Notes under the pieces: generated by a model
The model's input: the letters and a program-made list of their open reading frames with translations, nothing else
What the model was told of the DNA's origin: nothing
Database searches by the model: none
Translations under genes and position numbers: made by a program
Shown here: positions 51,689 through 64,000 of the stretch, one piece after another
Position numbering within the stretch: the first letter of the stretch is position 1
How the letters are laid out: each line of letters starts with the position of its first letter
From: Octopus sinensis
Taxonomy: Eukaryota
Assembly: GCF_006345805.1 (NCBI RefSeq)
Contig: NC_043000.1
Span: 96,286,001-96,350,000, forward strand
Direction of reading: 5' to 3'
DNA: 64,000 bases

Positions 51689-51970
51689 CATATATATGTA
51701 TATATATATGTATGTATTTATGTATATATATATATATATTTTACTCTCTTACATATTTCAGTCATTAGACTGTGGCCATACTAGAGCGCAGCCTTTAGTT
51801 GAAGATATCGACTCCAGGACTTATTGTTTGTAAGCCTAGTACTTATTCTATCGGTTTCTTTTGCTGAACCGCTAAGTTTCAGGGACATAAACACACCAAC
51901 ATTGGTTGTCAAGCAATGGTGGTGGGGACACAAACACAGACACAAAGACACACACACATAAATATATATA

Positions 51971-54340
51971 CAGGTATACCTTGACTTAAGTCGTTTCGAT
52001 TATATGCTGGTTTTCAAAAATAATATATGGAAAAATAAAAATCAAGTCAAGTCATTTTACTTGACTTTATGTCTGTCTGCCACAAATAGTGGAATCATAA
52101 AATTACTAGAAAACCATTAAAAGCACATAAAATCAATTCACTGTACAATAAATAAGAAATGCATATAAAATCATATTAAAATATGTACTATAAATGTTAA
52201 AATACACACCATAAAGTAGGGTAGCTTAGTAAGTGAAATCATGAAATCAACTGTGTTGTCTTATCTATCGATCTTTTGGAGCTCATATTATACTGTATCC
52301 AATATCTACCATTAGGTGTCGTTGTCACTTGTGATTCCCGCAATTGTTTTGAATTCAGATTTGTTTACATCTGTTAATTGGATACTTTCTCATTCTCGCT
52401 CATTTGTAACTTTATTTTTTGGCCCATGGCTCCTAAGAAAATTCATAGTGAAAGTGCTAAGCGTCATGCTATAATGCTGGAAGATAAACTGGCTATGATA
52501 AAATGCCATGAAAGAGATGAAAAAGTGGTAGCAATTGCATGATCTTTTGGGATGAGTCAGACAACTGTATTGATTATTGTACATTATAAGGACAAGATTT
52601 TAGCACGCATCAAATCTGAAGCCTCAGAGATGTCATCAATAAGGGGCAAAATCTTTGAAGAAATGGAAAGTCTTTTTTTCCTTTGGATTGTTAAGTTGAA
52701 TTGTCAGCATGTTACTATTAAAGAGAAAGCATCTTTGTTTGAGGACCTGAAGAAAAAATATCCAGATGAGAGAGATGTAGAGTTCAAGGCAAGTCAAGGA
52801 TGGTTCACGAGATTTAAGGAGCAAAGAAGTTATCACTCCATTAAGGAGCAAGGTGAAAGTGCATGAGCTGACGAACAAGCAGCAGAATTTCCTAATGCAT
52901 TAAAGAAAATCATCGAAGAAAACAGGTTTCTTCCCGAACAGATTTTTGCCAGCGCTACCTTGACTGGCTTCTGTGCCGGTGGCACGAAAAAAGCACCATC
53001 CGAACGTGGCCGATGCCAGACTCCCCTGGCACCTGTGCTGGTGGCACAAAAAAAGCACCCACTACACTCACGGTGTGGTTGGCATTAGGAAGGGCATCCA
53101 GCTGTGGAAACACTGCCAGATCAGACTGGAGCCTGGTGCAGCCTCCTGGCTTCCCAGACCCTGGTCGAACCGTCCAACCCGTGCCAGCACGGAAAATGAA
53201 TGTTAAATGATGATGATGATGAAACTGGATTGTATTAGAAAAAATTGCTAGACCATTCATTCATTCCCAAGGAGAAAACTATTTCAGGCTGCAAGGTCTC
53301 AAAAGAATGTGTGACCATTATGTTGGAAGGTAATTTTACAGATTTTAAGTTAAAGCCATTGTGTGTCATGCACACAACTCCTGTGCCCAGAACATACCCA
53401 AGGCATCTCTCCCAATTGTATGGATGGTTAATTCAAAAGCATGGGTTACTGTTGTTATTTTTGAAGATTGGTTCTTCAATCATTTTATCCCAGCAGCAGA
53501 GAAGTACTGTAAGGAGAAGGGAATTCCTTTTAAGGTTTTACTTATCTTAGGTAATGCTCTTGGCCACCCGCAAAACATTGTAGATTTTGACCCCGTTACC
53601 ATTGTATACCTCCCTCTGAACACGTCTCTTCTGCAGCCAATGGATAAGGGAATAATTGCTATCTTCAAGCGTTACTATATGAAGTGTACGTTGTGGCAAG
53701 CAATAGCTGCAACTGATCTTGAGTTTGTCACACTTCATGACTTTTGGAAGAGATACGATATCTACAAGGCTGTACAGAACATAGCAGTGACATGGAATGA
53801 TGTACAGAGCACAACTATGCATGGTGTATGGAAGAAGCTTTGCTTGCAATTCATGAATGATTTTAAGGGGTTTGATAATGTTGCCATCAACAAAACGTTG
53901 GTGACTACAAGCAAAGAACTGGAAATGGATTTGGAGGAGGAGTTCATAGATTTATTTGAAAAAGACAAGCAGCCCCTGACAAATGAGGATTTGACAGAGT
54001 TTCATGAGCAGCAAAATAAAGAAGTCGAACCTGAGCCATGTTACTCTACCATTAAGAAAATGTAGCAAGCATTTGCATATGTCAAAAAAGGTCTTTCTAT
54101 GTTTGAGGGTATGGATCCAAATGCTCAATGCTTTTCCAAGATTATGGGGGATTGTCATGAAGCTTTTGCTCCTTATAATGCAATCCTTGAGGAAAAGAAA
54201 GAGACAGTTGAAGGAACTCTCAACTGCTTTTTTAGCACATCAAACAAGAGTAGTCAGAGTCAGCTGTTGATGTTGACAATCCACAGCCATCTACATCTGC
54301 GATGCAAACCACTAAATTGTGTGTATGTATTGGTAAATTT
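51971..54340 (+). mobile_element. Decayed Tigger/pogo DNA transposon interrupted by an RTE-tail SINE
   Basis: TA|CAGGTATACC Tigger-like left end; HTH (ATG 52426), CENP-B-like ASQGWFTRFK, DETG motif, ORF 53361..54065 with DDE_1 motifs (LLQPMDKGII). Confidence 0.85.
52950..53225 (+). mobile_element. RTE-tail SINE nested in Tigger transposase
   Basis: Splits FLPEQIF | ..DETGL. Confidence 0.85.
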
Positions 54341-54409
54341 AAAATAATTTAGTTTTTTTTAATTATTGGAAAGTTCACATCGTGAATGTTCAGTGTCGTC
54401 TCACCACAG

Positions 54410-55002
54410 CCAAAAACAAAAATAGTATAATGTGTAAAGCAACTTGCTCTAAACGAATATGAAAAAAAGCGCGCTGGTGAACGGGGGGTGGGGGAGAGGA
54501 ATCGGAAAATTCACATCGTCAGACCTTGACCTTTAAACTCCAGTGTTTGACCCAAGCAAAAACAAAAAAAAATAGAGTAATAGGTGTAAAACAACATGTA
54601 GTAAATGAATATGAACAACATGCGCGCTGGCGAACGGGCAATGGGGGAGAGGACTCAGAAAATTCACATCGTATATGTTCTGAGTCATCTCACCACAGCA
54701 TGTAGTAAATGAATATGAAAAAAAATGTGCGCTGGTAAAGTCCTCTCATTCACCCCTCCGTTTGTGAGTGTGCATTTTTTTCATATTCGTTTACTACATG
54801 TTGTACATCTATTACACTATTTTTTCTTGTTTTTTTTGCTCGGGTCAAACACTAGAGTTTAAAGGCCATGGTCTGATGATGTGAATTTTCCGAGTCCTTT
54901 CCCCAACCCCCCCCATTCACAAGTGCGCATTTTTTAAAATATTCGTTTACAGCAAGTTGTTTTACACCCATTACACATTTTTCTTTTTTTTTTTTTGTTT
55001 GG
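54410..55002. repeat. Foldback repeat, ~245-bp arms (54410-54655 / 54742-55002) built from ~130-150-bp subunits
   Basis: Arms align as reverse complements (AAATTCACATC, TTTAAACTC.AGTGTTTGACCC, CATGTAGTAAA.GAATATGAA). Confidence 0.85.
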
Positions 55003-55154
55003 GTTAACCCCTTTAGTTTGACCAAAACTTTTTAGTGTTTTTACTGTTTTTTTAATGAAGAACAGCTTAAAAAATAAGAAATAAATTCATAACAACCATT
55101 GCATTTGTTTCAATCATTTAATATAAAATACTAACAAAAACCAATCTCAAAAAC

Positions 55155-55360
55155 TCATTTAGCTTTAATTAATAAGTTTTTAGCAAACCATGAAGGTCTA
55201 GTTTTCTTCACTTTCACAACATATTTATCATGAATGCTTTCTTCTTTTTCATTTTCATAAAGCACCACTACTTCTTGTAGAGGAGCAGAATATCTCAGAT
55301 CCTCTTCAAAAGCTTTCTGCATGAGTTTAGTCTCTTGTCGTACTTTATCGTAGCAGTTAC
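55155..55360 (-). CDS. MRPL32: MRPL32 exon 3 (GNCYDKVRQETK...VVVLYENE...RPSWFAKNLLIKAK*)
   Basis: cAG acceptor, phase 1, TGA at 55157-55155. Confidence 0.93.
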
Positions 55361-57230
55361 CTGTTCGAAGTGAGACAAAAAGACAATAATGACAGGTAAT
55401 GAAACTGAATAATTTCTTATAATATAACTCATCTCTCAGTCACAAGTCACTCTTTCTAAGTACTGATTTCCCTATATATTTGATGTAACAAGTCACTAAT
55501 AAAATACAACTTGCAATCATTGTGGTTAAGAAGTATGCTTTACAACCATGTGATCTGGGTGGGATCTTCCTCAGTGGTACTTTGGACAAGTTTTGGACTG
55601 ACCAACGTTTTGTGATTTGAGTATGGAAACTGTAGAAATATAATGTGAATTTTTTCGCAAGGTATGTTGGCCAAAAGATCAATGAAGTGGTCAAGAAGTT
55701 TGCTTTGCAATCACATGCTTTTGGGTTCCACTCCCTGCATGCCCTGTCAGATATGTGCCTTTTACTATACCCTTGGGCTGACCAATATCTCACAAGTGAA
55801 ATTTGTTGAATGGAAACTATAAAGAAGCCTGTTGTGAATGTGTATGCTTCAGCATGTTTCACATTGTCACCATATGAACAAAAATGGTAACAATGTTTAC
55901 ATCAGATGTGAATAATACCTAATAGCTTAGCAGTTTTATCATGTGTGAAGATCAGTGGAATAAAATACCTTACTTGAAAAGGAAGTAGAAGTTGGCAACA
56001 GGTGGAGCATCTGGCCACAGAATACTGCCTATAGTAAAAGGAGCAAATGTAAAAAGGGTGATGATGATGTTTTTGAATAAAAATACTCTGTACAGTGTTT
56101 GTTCAGCCTGAGTTGCAGAGACAATCCCATGTTTTTCTATCCACTAAAAACAGTAAATTGGTGACCAAAATGACTATTATTCGCCAAATGTTGTATCAAA
56201 ATCGATAAATTAGATAACAATAAGTTCTACAGATGTCATGTATCTGCTACAGGATTAAGATTAAGAATTTTCAGTTAATTAATTTCATCTTTAGAGATGC
56301 ATCAGTGTCCTAGAGTATAAAAACATTATTACTCGCAGTTTAGAAATTATAGCTCCAAGTGTGAATCAAATCTTGTACATTGTATACCTCCAGGGATAAC
56401 ATAAATTGAAATGTAATGTATATCATCATCATCATCATCATGATAACGTCTACTTTTCCAAGCTAGCATAGATCAGATGCCCTTCCTGTTGCAAACCCTC
56501 ACCTATTTCAAAGTAAGGTAAAAAGTCTTCTATGGCCGGACATATTTTCAAAGAAGACTGGGAACTTGTGTGATGCTGACACTATCTTACAATTATCATG
56601 TGATGTCTGAGATGGGGAAACACAAACATACACACTCATATATATATATGATGGACTTCTTTCAATTTCTGTCAATTGAATCCACTCATAGAGCTTTGTT
56701 GGCTTGGAGTAGTAGTAGAAGACACTTGCCCAAGGTGCCATGCAGTGGGACTGAACCCAAAACCACATGGTTGGGAAGTGAACTTTTTAGCAACACTGCT
56801 ATAACCAATATAAAATTTTACTTCATTCATCATCATCAATGTTTAATGTCCACTTTCCATGCTGGTATAGGTTGGACAGTTTGACATGGAGCTGTCCAGG
56901 CTACAACTGTCTGTTGTGGCATGATTTCTACCGCTGGATGCCCTTCCTAATGCCAACCACTTAGTAGAGTATGTTGGATGCTTTTTATGTGCCACTCACA
57001 TAGGTGCTTCCCAAGTGGCACATCATTTAAAAAATAGTCTGCACTACAGTATATTCCACTTCTTAAGTCTACACCTTTTATTAAACTACATTTTTTCTTG
57101 TGTATTTTGCCATGGGTGCCTTCTATTCACAACATGTAACACCATTATGAAATAATAAAAGTAACAACAGTATTGCCAAGAAACTAATTGTGTTTAATAA
57201 TAAGATGTTAGATTCTTTAACAGTTCTTAC

Positions 57231-57470
57231 CGCAAATAGTGTCATTTTCATGATAATGTCCACACTGAAGACACGCAATAATATTTTTCTTTGGTCTTGC
57301 ATGTTCATAATGTTTCAGTTCTGACATTTTGCGCATTTTACGTTTTTCAGTTGATCGTCTACTTTTTGGGGCACCCCACAAGAAACTTTCAAAAATGGAA
57401 TCGAGAATATCTGAGGCCTTCTGGTAAACGTCATTTTCGGTATTGGTTGTAACAAATGCTAGAGCTGGTT
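57231..57470 (-). CDS. MRPL32: MRPL32 exon 2 (KPALAFV...FLWGAPKSRRSTEKRKMRK...CLQCGHYHENDTIC)
   Basis: cAG/GTAAGA, 240 nt, phase 1/1. Confidence 0.95.
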
Positions 57471-58599
57471 CTGAAACATGAATTTAATATTTCCATTAAT
57501 TAATTAATAAATTAATAATTCATATATAACTAATAAAAAAATATTATAAACTTTTTTCATTGTATTTATAATATGGATTAGAAATTTTCTGATATATTTT
57601 TCTAATTTCCTAACAGACTTTTCTCAGAATTGGGTACATGTTTTCAACACACAGGTAGTTTATCAAAGAAATAGCTTTTTCTCCAGTTTCAAGAAGGTAG
57701 GCTGTAGGCTGGTAGTACTTCTGGAGATGGATCACAAAGAATATTATAGATCAGATTTTAAAGAAGGAAATTAAATAAATCATAATTATCACCACCATTT
57801 CTGTTTTATGTCTGCTGTCCAAGCTAGTATGAGTTGGATAAATCTGTCTCTCAAATTGGGTTGGTAGTGGGAAGGGTTATCACATGGGTTATCTGGCCCT
57901 TCCCTAGTACCAGCCACTTTACAGAGAGTAGGAGGTGCTTGTCTATGTCACTGGTATAGAGGTGACTTTAATCATGTCCTTGACTAGACTAAAGGGTCTT
58001 AACAATCACACACTTTACAATGTGTACTGGATGTGTTTCTCATGACACCATCACTAAAGAGTTATCCATGTCCTCATCACCACTAAAGGAACTTTATAAC
58101 ACCATGTTGCTGTTTGCTCATCCATCTCTTTACAAAGAAGCACGAGTGATGGGAGAAATGCCTAATAGTGGGATGAGTGACAGGAGAACTCTGTATTCTG
58201 AGATAGGTATTCAAGGCAATATGACTGGGATAGCAGGGAGGTGGCAGAAATCTATGTAACCCAGGGGATAGAGTGATGGTAGAGGCACAGGATGCGAAGG
58301 AGAAAAAGTGATCTAAATTAAAACCTTCCATCAAAATTCAATGTAAATTTAGATTTTAAACATCTGCTTAATAATGGAAAGTTATTTTGCTTCAATTCTT
58401 CATTATTTTGAAAATTAACTGAAACAAAAGCAGCATATTCTAACAGAAATTTAGTAACAAAAGGGTTAATGCTTCTGGTTTAAAGTGAACAGGCTCTAGT
58501 TTTCTAGTATCTTTGATAACAGTGTTCAGAAGGATTCTTTTTTCCCTCAATAACGTTACACGTTACAGGTTAGGGAGGTAATTCGTTTATCACCTGATA

Positions 58600-59450
58600 C
58601 TTTTTTTTACTTGCTCGGGTTTAAGGAAGACGCAGTGCCTATAGATTTTCAGACCACCTGGCACAGGTAAAACTGAAGCTATTAATGTTCTTCTTGAATG
58701 TTTGTAAGACAATACTTGCAGAAAGACATGAACAAGCAAGAATTTCAAGAGGAACGATGATCTGCGATGGAAAGCCGAAACGGGAGATTAATACGGGGCC
58801 TGAAAGGGTTGGTCATAAGAAAGGAGTTAAGAGATGAGTGGGTTGATAGAGGCGACATGAGTCAACCATTTCCGAAAAACAGAAGCCATTATAATTGGAG
58901 AGAGAGAGAGAAAACAAACAGTTTGCTTGTGGGTCTGTGTTTGTGCTGCAGTACCACCATCCCAGCTTTGGGGGCATTACCCCACTGTGGGTCTCATTTG
59001 GGCTTTGTAGAATACCAATAATTGTTGGGTGGAGTTGGGTGATTTATCTTCTGGTTCAGAGGATATGAGTAAGTCGTTGGGTTGTGATTCTAGCTATGTT
59101 GCATAAAATTTAGACTGATTTTTATACATTCTGATTTCTAATCCCGTTAAAAACAACCTTTCGAATAACCAGATTGGGTGATTTTCCCGGACTAATGTAA
59201 CTCTTCCACGCCAGATCAAGCAATGAGGCATGAATGTCTGGGCTGATCTTAATCACATTGGTCTTTTGCTAGCTAATATATCTCATCTGCACACACCACA
59301 ACTACATAGATGATAACTGTAGCTCACTAACTGAACTGATTGACCCTGGCAGTTGACAGTTTGTTGTCTGTTCATCCATTCAGTATCTAGTGATATTTGC
59401 CATTGATTCAATTAGTTCATTTTTCGAAACAGTTCACATATTGCATCCCA
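58600..59450 (-). mobile_element. Highly decayed L2/CR1-like LINE remnant in MRPL32 intron 1
   Basis: rc gives FYKAQMRPTV, resembling LYKAQIRP..EYC. Confidence 0.4.
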
Positions 59451-60369
59451 ATGATTTCAAGGTACCCTGGCTCGGATGGTTACATACTGTTTAACCTATA
59501 GTTGGGACCATGATAGGTGCCATTTCTGGGGGTTAGAATAGACCACAGAACAACAGTAGCTAAGAGGTGACTCCACATTCTTTAAAACTCCAGAATTCCT
59601 GAATGAGGGTCCGACTACAGGATGCAGTTTAAAGTCATACCCAGGACTTAAACAAATTTGAATCCTTCAACAATCGATATAAGTACCAGTTATATACTGA
59701 GTCCATTCAGTCAACCCTATCTTATAAAGTTTGGCTGTGGCTTTGCTGTAATTTAAAAGAAAATACAACTATAAACTGAACTTGAAAAAAATAAAATTAT
59801 CAGGAATATTAAAATGTATAAGCAGACAGTCTCTTAATATTTTATGGGTAAGGCTTACAGGATCACGTGTAACTGATAAAGAACAGCAATTTCACGAGAT
59901 TATATTCACTCAAATAAAAATCGAACAACAAATATTGGCATTCCTTCGATATAACTTGACAAAAATCAAAATATTTCACTTCGGGTGTTTCTGTGGAAGC
60001 AAATGACAGTTCGATTCCGTTTTCTGCTTGGAAATTTGCGGATTTTACATACACACACGAAACCGGCAAGAACAAATATGCAAGGCATTTTTTTCTTCAA
60101 GTTTAAAATAAGATATTGCTGGCATAATTTCGTTATATCTATACTCCATAACCCACGGAAATACCTTAAGTGAAATGTTTTGATTTTGTCGAGCTATATC
60201 GAAGGAATGCCCAAATATTTGTTGATTGTGTTTGACATTGAAACATGCGCTGAATGTTATAGTGTGTAGGCCCAAGCTTCAAATGAAGTCTCAAGATTTT
60301 TCAAACAAAATCGATAAACACAAACACTTACAACTGATAAATAAATATAATTTCAAAACTAAATCTTAC

Positions 60370-60439
60370 TTGGTGATTGATTCCAATTCAATAATCGAAA
60401 AATATCTCGTTCCAGTCGAAGAACTACATTTCTCAACAT
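60370..60439 (-). CDS. MRPL32: MRPL32 exon 1 (MLRNVVLRLERDIFRLLNWNQSP), mitochondrial presequence-like
   Basis: ATG at 60439, GTAAGA donor, phase 1 matching exon 2. Confidence 0.85.
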
Positions 60440-60668
60440 GTTGTATGTAGCTTAACTAGTTTATGGTATATATATAAACTTTAGTTACGTATAAATATTA
60501 CAATATCTGAAATTAAGAATTAGCAGCAAAAATAAAAGAAATCAATACTATTTATTTTAATTAAATATTATATTTGAAGTTTTTAGTTAATTTGTATGTA
60601 ATATTTTATTCATCATTTAATTTTATCTTCGGCTATGAAATTTACGTTAAAACAATTCATTAACCAAA
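60440..60668. promoter_or_regulatory. Putative bidirectional promoter MRPL32/PSMA2
   Basis: 229 nt between divergent ATGs, very AT-rich. Confidence 0.75.
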
Positions 60669-60706
60669 ATGTCTGAACGATATAGTTTTTCCCTGACAAC
60701 ATTTAG
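60669..60706 (+). CDS. PSMA2: PSMA2 exon 1 (MSERYSFSLTTF)
   Basis: ATG, GTAATG donor, phase 2. Confidence 0.95.
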
Positions 60707-61879
60707 GTAATGTATTTTCATATTTATTTATTTATATTACGATATTTTTCACTGTTGATCATTTTATTTTACGGAATACTCTATTGTCTCTATCATTTGT
60801 TATGATTATTTTATTCTGAAACTCAAGGAAATATATATTAAGGAATTCCTGAAACTCGTTCAATTTCTGCTTTCTCATCCATTCGCGGCATGACCGGTCT
60901 CTTTGTCGCTTTGGAATATTTTAAGATATTTCACTATTATTTATATTTGTTCTTAACTATACAATTCCGAAAACGTAAGATCTGTAAGTTACTAAATCAA
61001 TTTGTAAAATTATGTTGTTACCATCTTGAATATCTCTATTTTTAAATACTTTGTACTTTAACTGCCTTTGCTTAATTGTATTTTTAAAATGTTTTTATCC
61101 TCGTGTTGAAAGCTTTGAGATTGTTGGGTAAAAGAAATAAATATTGGTCAATGAAAACAAATCAGTTCTTATCGCAATTGGAAACCGTACAATTAACATC
61201 TTTAGCTGTTAATTCTGTACATATTGGCAAGTTCGAGACTAATCGAAAGGATGTCGTTAATTTTTGTATAAAGTATTCACGAGAAACTTGCGTGCGTATA
61301 ATGCTATATTGCTGGATTATTGTATATAAAGATTGTTTTCCCTAATTTTCATTAATTGAAAATATTTTTTTTTACTTAAAAATCTCCTATTGAACGTTCA
61401 AAAAGCTAATCTTTTCATGATCACAAGTTCCGTACGAAGTCTCGGGTTTCCGTAGCGGTAAGGTATTGAGGAACAAACCTGATTCTGATTGACCAACCTC
61501 TTCTTGGGGTTCAAAGTATTCACAACTACCCTCTCCTTGAGGTTGTTCAAAATATTCACAACTCACGAAACGAATTTGTTTACTCTCATTCTTACTTACT
61601 GTCTTTTTCTTATGAAATTTTTTATTCGGCTATTTTATACTTGTTATTCTTCCTATTTCATAAATCTGCATTTTTTTTGTTATCATGATCACTACTTTCA
61701 CAAATTTTGGTATGGCATTTGCACGGAAGAATATTTCACTGTTATTGATCAGTTCAGGTAGGTTACAAGAATCAGTGATTCTTGTAGGCCAAATATTGAT
61801 TCTTGTTGTATGATACTGCTTCATACTATGCTGATGTGCTTCCTTGCCAATCTTTTCTTCTTCATCATTATCTGTGATA

Positions 61880-62660
61880 CAGTTGATCTGCCATAGATGA
61901 AATGAAACTGTTATGTTCCTTCTTATATCTGACTATCTTTCTCTTCATTATGATTTTCCTAATTTTACTCACAACACTGGTGAGACTTACTGGTTCATAG
62001 TTTCCAGAATCACACCTATCCCCATTCTTGAAGACTAGTAATTTTAGCTTTCTTCAGTTCCTTGGATATATCTTATATGGCTTGCTAATAAAAAGATGAA
62101 AATTAACTCCTTTGACCTCAGAAGTGATTCTATTATCTCTTTGATGACCCTTCAGGTCTAGGAGAGTTGTACCTCTTCAATGTAATTGTGTGTTTTATCT
62201 CCATAGTTAATAAATTAGTACCTTGTAGGGTATTTCTATCAGGTTCTTTTGTGGACACACTACTAAAAAATCCTGTGGGTACTTCAGCATTTTATTGTTG
62301 TTAATTATTTATGTCACACCCATGCCATTCCTATACAGCTCACTTAATCAGGATTTGTTTTGTTCTGTTTGTCTTCAAATATATTTTTAGAATATTTGAA
62401 GATTTGTCATGTTTAGGCATATGTCAATTTGGGTTTGACATCTTGAATCATTTCCTATAACAACCTCTCTGCTCTTTTGATTTTGTACAGTGTAAAGATT
62501 GTCTCTTTTTTCTCAACCAGAGTTGCCTTGAGTTCATCACCATTCTTTTAAATTTCTTTCTTAAGGTTTTCTCTTATTTTAGCTACATCTCATTTCATTT
62601 TCTCAATTTTGTTGTTAGTTGCACCTTCAAAAAAAAAACCCCAGATCCTCTTCGATTTTA
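61880..62660 (-). mobile_element. Decayed CR1 LINE remnant in PSMA2 intron 1
   Basis: rc gives FKNGDRCDSGNYEPVSLTSVVSKI (CR1 RT N-terminus). Confidence 0.65.
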
Positions 62661-62754
62661 TTGTCACTCTGTTAAGTAGTTTGCACTAAGATGCAATTGT
62701 AAAACACTTTAAAATTGTGAATCAACTTAAAACCCTATCAATACTTGCAATTGA

Positions 62755-62931
<177 letters not shown>

Positions 62932-64000
62932 TAGCTCTGTCACTTTATTAGTACGATCTACATGTGTGACAGGTTAGTCATCTGTGTACTGTGAGGTAAT
63001 ATACAATACTACATTTCCATTTGTGAATTTTCATGTCAGATAATGCTTGATATTTCTTTTTCTCATTATCGTTTATCAAATCATCATCCTTTAACATTTG
63101 TTTTCCATGTTGACATGGGTTGAGCAGTTTGACCAGAGCTGGCAAGCCAGAAAGCTACACTAGGTTTCAGTCTGATTTGGCTTGGTTTCTATAGCTGGAT
63201 GCCCTTCCTAATGCCAAGCATTTTACAGTCTGTGTTGGGTGCATTTAATGTGGCACCGGTATGAGCACATTTACATGACATTGACACAGGATACTTGCAG
63301 GCCAAGAGTACTTTAAAGGTTATAGTTCTAGCAACTATTTTCATTTTCTTTCTATTTTCTAAAATACTGTTTTACATCCACTTTTCCATGCTAGCGCAGC
63401 AATAGATTTTGTTGCAACAATTTTTTTTTAACAACTGGATACCTTTCCTGTTGCTAACCACTCAGCTGTATAGTCAGTATGGGATCTATTAACAGTTAAG
63501 CAGTTATATATCATCTCTACATTACAATACATTACCTGTAATTGTCAGCTCAGTTGATAGTCATATTGGTTACCTTACTAGGCAAACTGAGGCAAGCAGT
63601 ATGATGAGCTTTACCCAGAAACATAACACAATAGGTGTAGTAAAATTTTAAATAATGGTCATGTACTCAGTAGTTAAGCACCTTTACCTCACACCCCATC
63701 TACTTGTACTGTTTTACCTTCTTATTAATTTTGTTTTTATCTCTTACTAAATTTACTAACCTTAATATTCTGTCTTATGCTATTCTGCTATATAAAATGA
63801 CCTTCAGTATTGTTTTAGGAACTCAGAGTTTTGCCTGGATTGACACTTTTTCTTTTTTTTTTTATCCTTTGCAACTGATAAAATAAATATCACTAACATA
63901 CTAGTGGAGGCACATGGCTTAGTGGTTAGGGTGTCAGCGTCATGATCGTAAGATTGTGGTTTCGATTCCTGGACCAGGCGATGCATTGTGTTCTTTAGCA

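Larger units (their letters stand above)
55155..60439 (-). other. MRPL32: MRPL32 (mitochondrial ribosomal protein bL32m) gene span, complete CDS 171 aa
   Basis: join(60439-60370,57470-57231,55360-55155). Arg/Leu-rich presequence, PALA..., LDSIFESFLWGAPKSRRS, CxxC...CxxC zinc motif (CLQCG...CGNC), C-terminal RPSWF. Confidence 0.95.

Noticed and set aside
45700-55000. Additional host gene between NDUFA4 and MRPL32
   Set aside because: Only SINEs, RTE fragments, Tigger and a foldback were recognisable; no spliceable coding exons found by eye.

Overview
AT-rich, repeat-dense animal DNA. The SINE/RTE families and (TA)n tracts point to an octopus genome; this is inferred from repeat style and not proven. 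Four intron-containing genes were reconstructed by hand with consistent splice phases, arranged as two head-to-head pairs: PHF14 (-, 11 exons, runs off the left edge) / NDUFA4 (+, complete, 83 aa), and MRPL32 (-, complete, 171 aa) / PSMA2 (+, 2 exons, runs off the right edge). From recall, both pairs are also divergent neighbours on human 7p but lie far apart there, whereas here they form one compact block. Introns and the intergenic region hold RTE, CR1/L2, Tc1/mariner, Tigger, Helitron-like, Gypsy and SINE remnants, a ~1.42 kb tandem duplication and several long foldback elements. Some foldbacks beside (TA)n tracts contain recognisable type I hammerhead ribozyme cores, one of them in both polarities within one ~620-nt hairpin.
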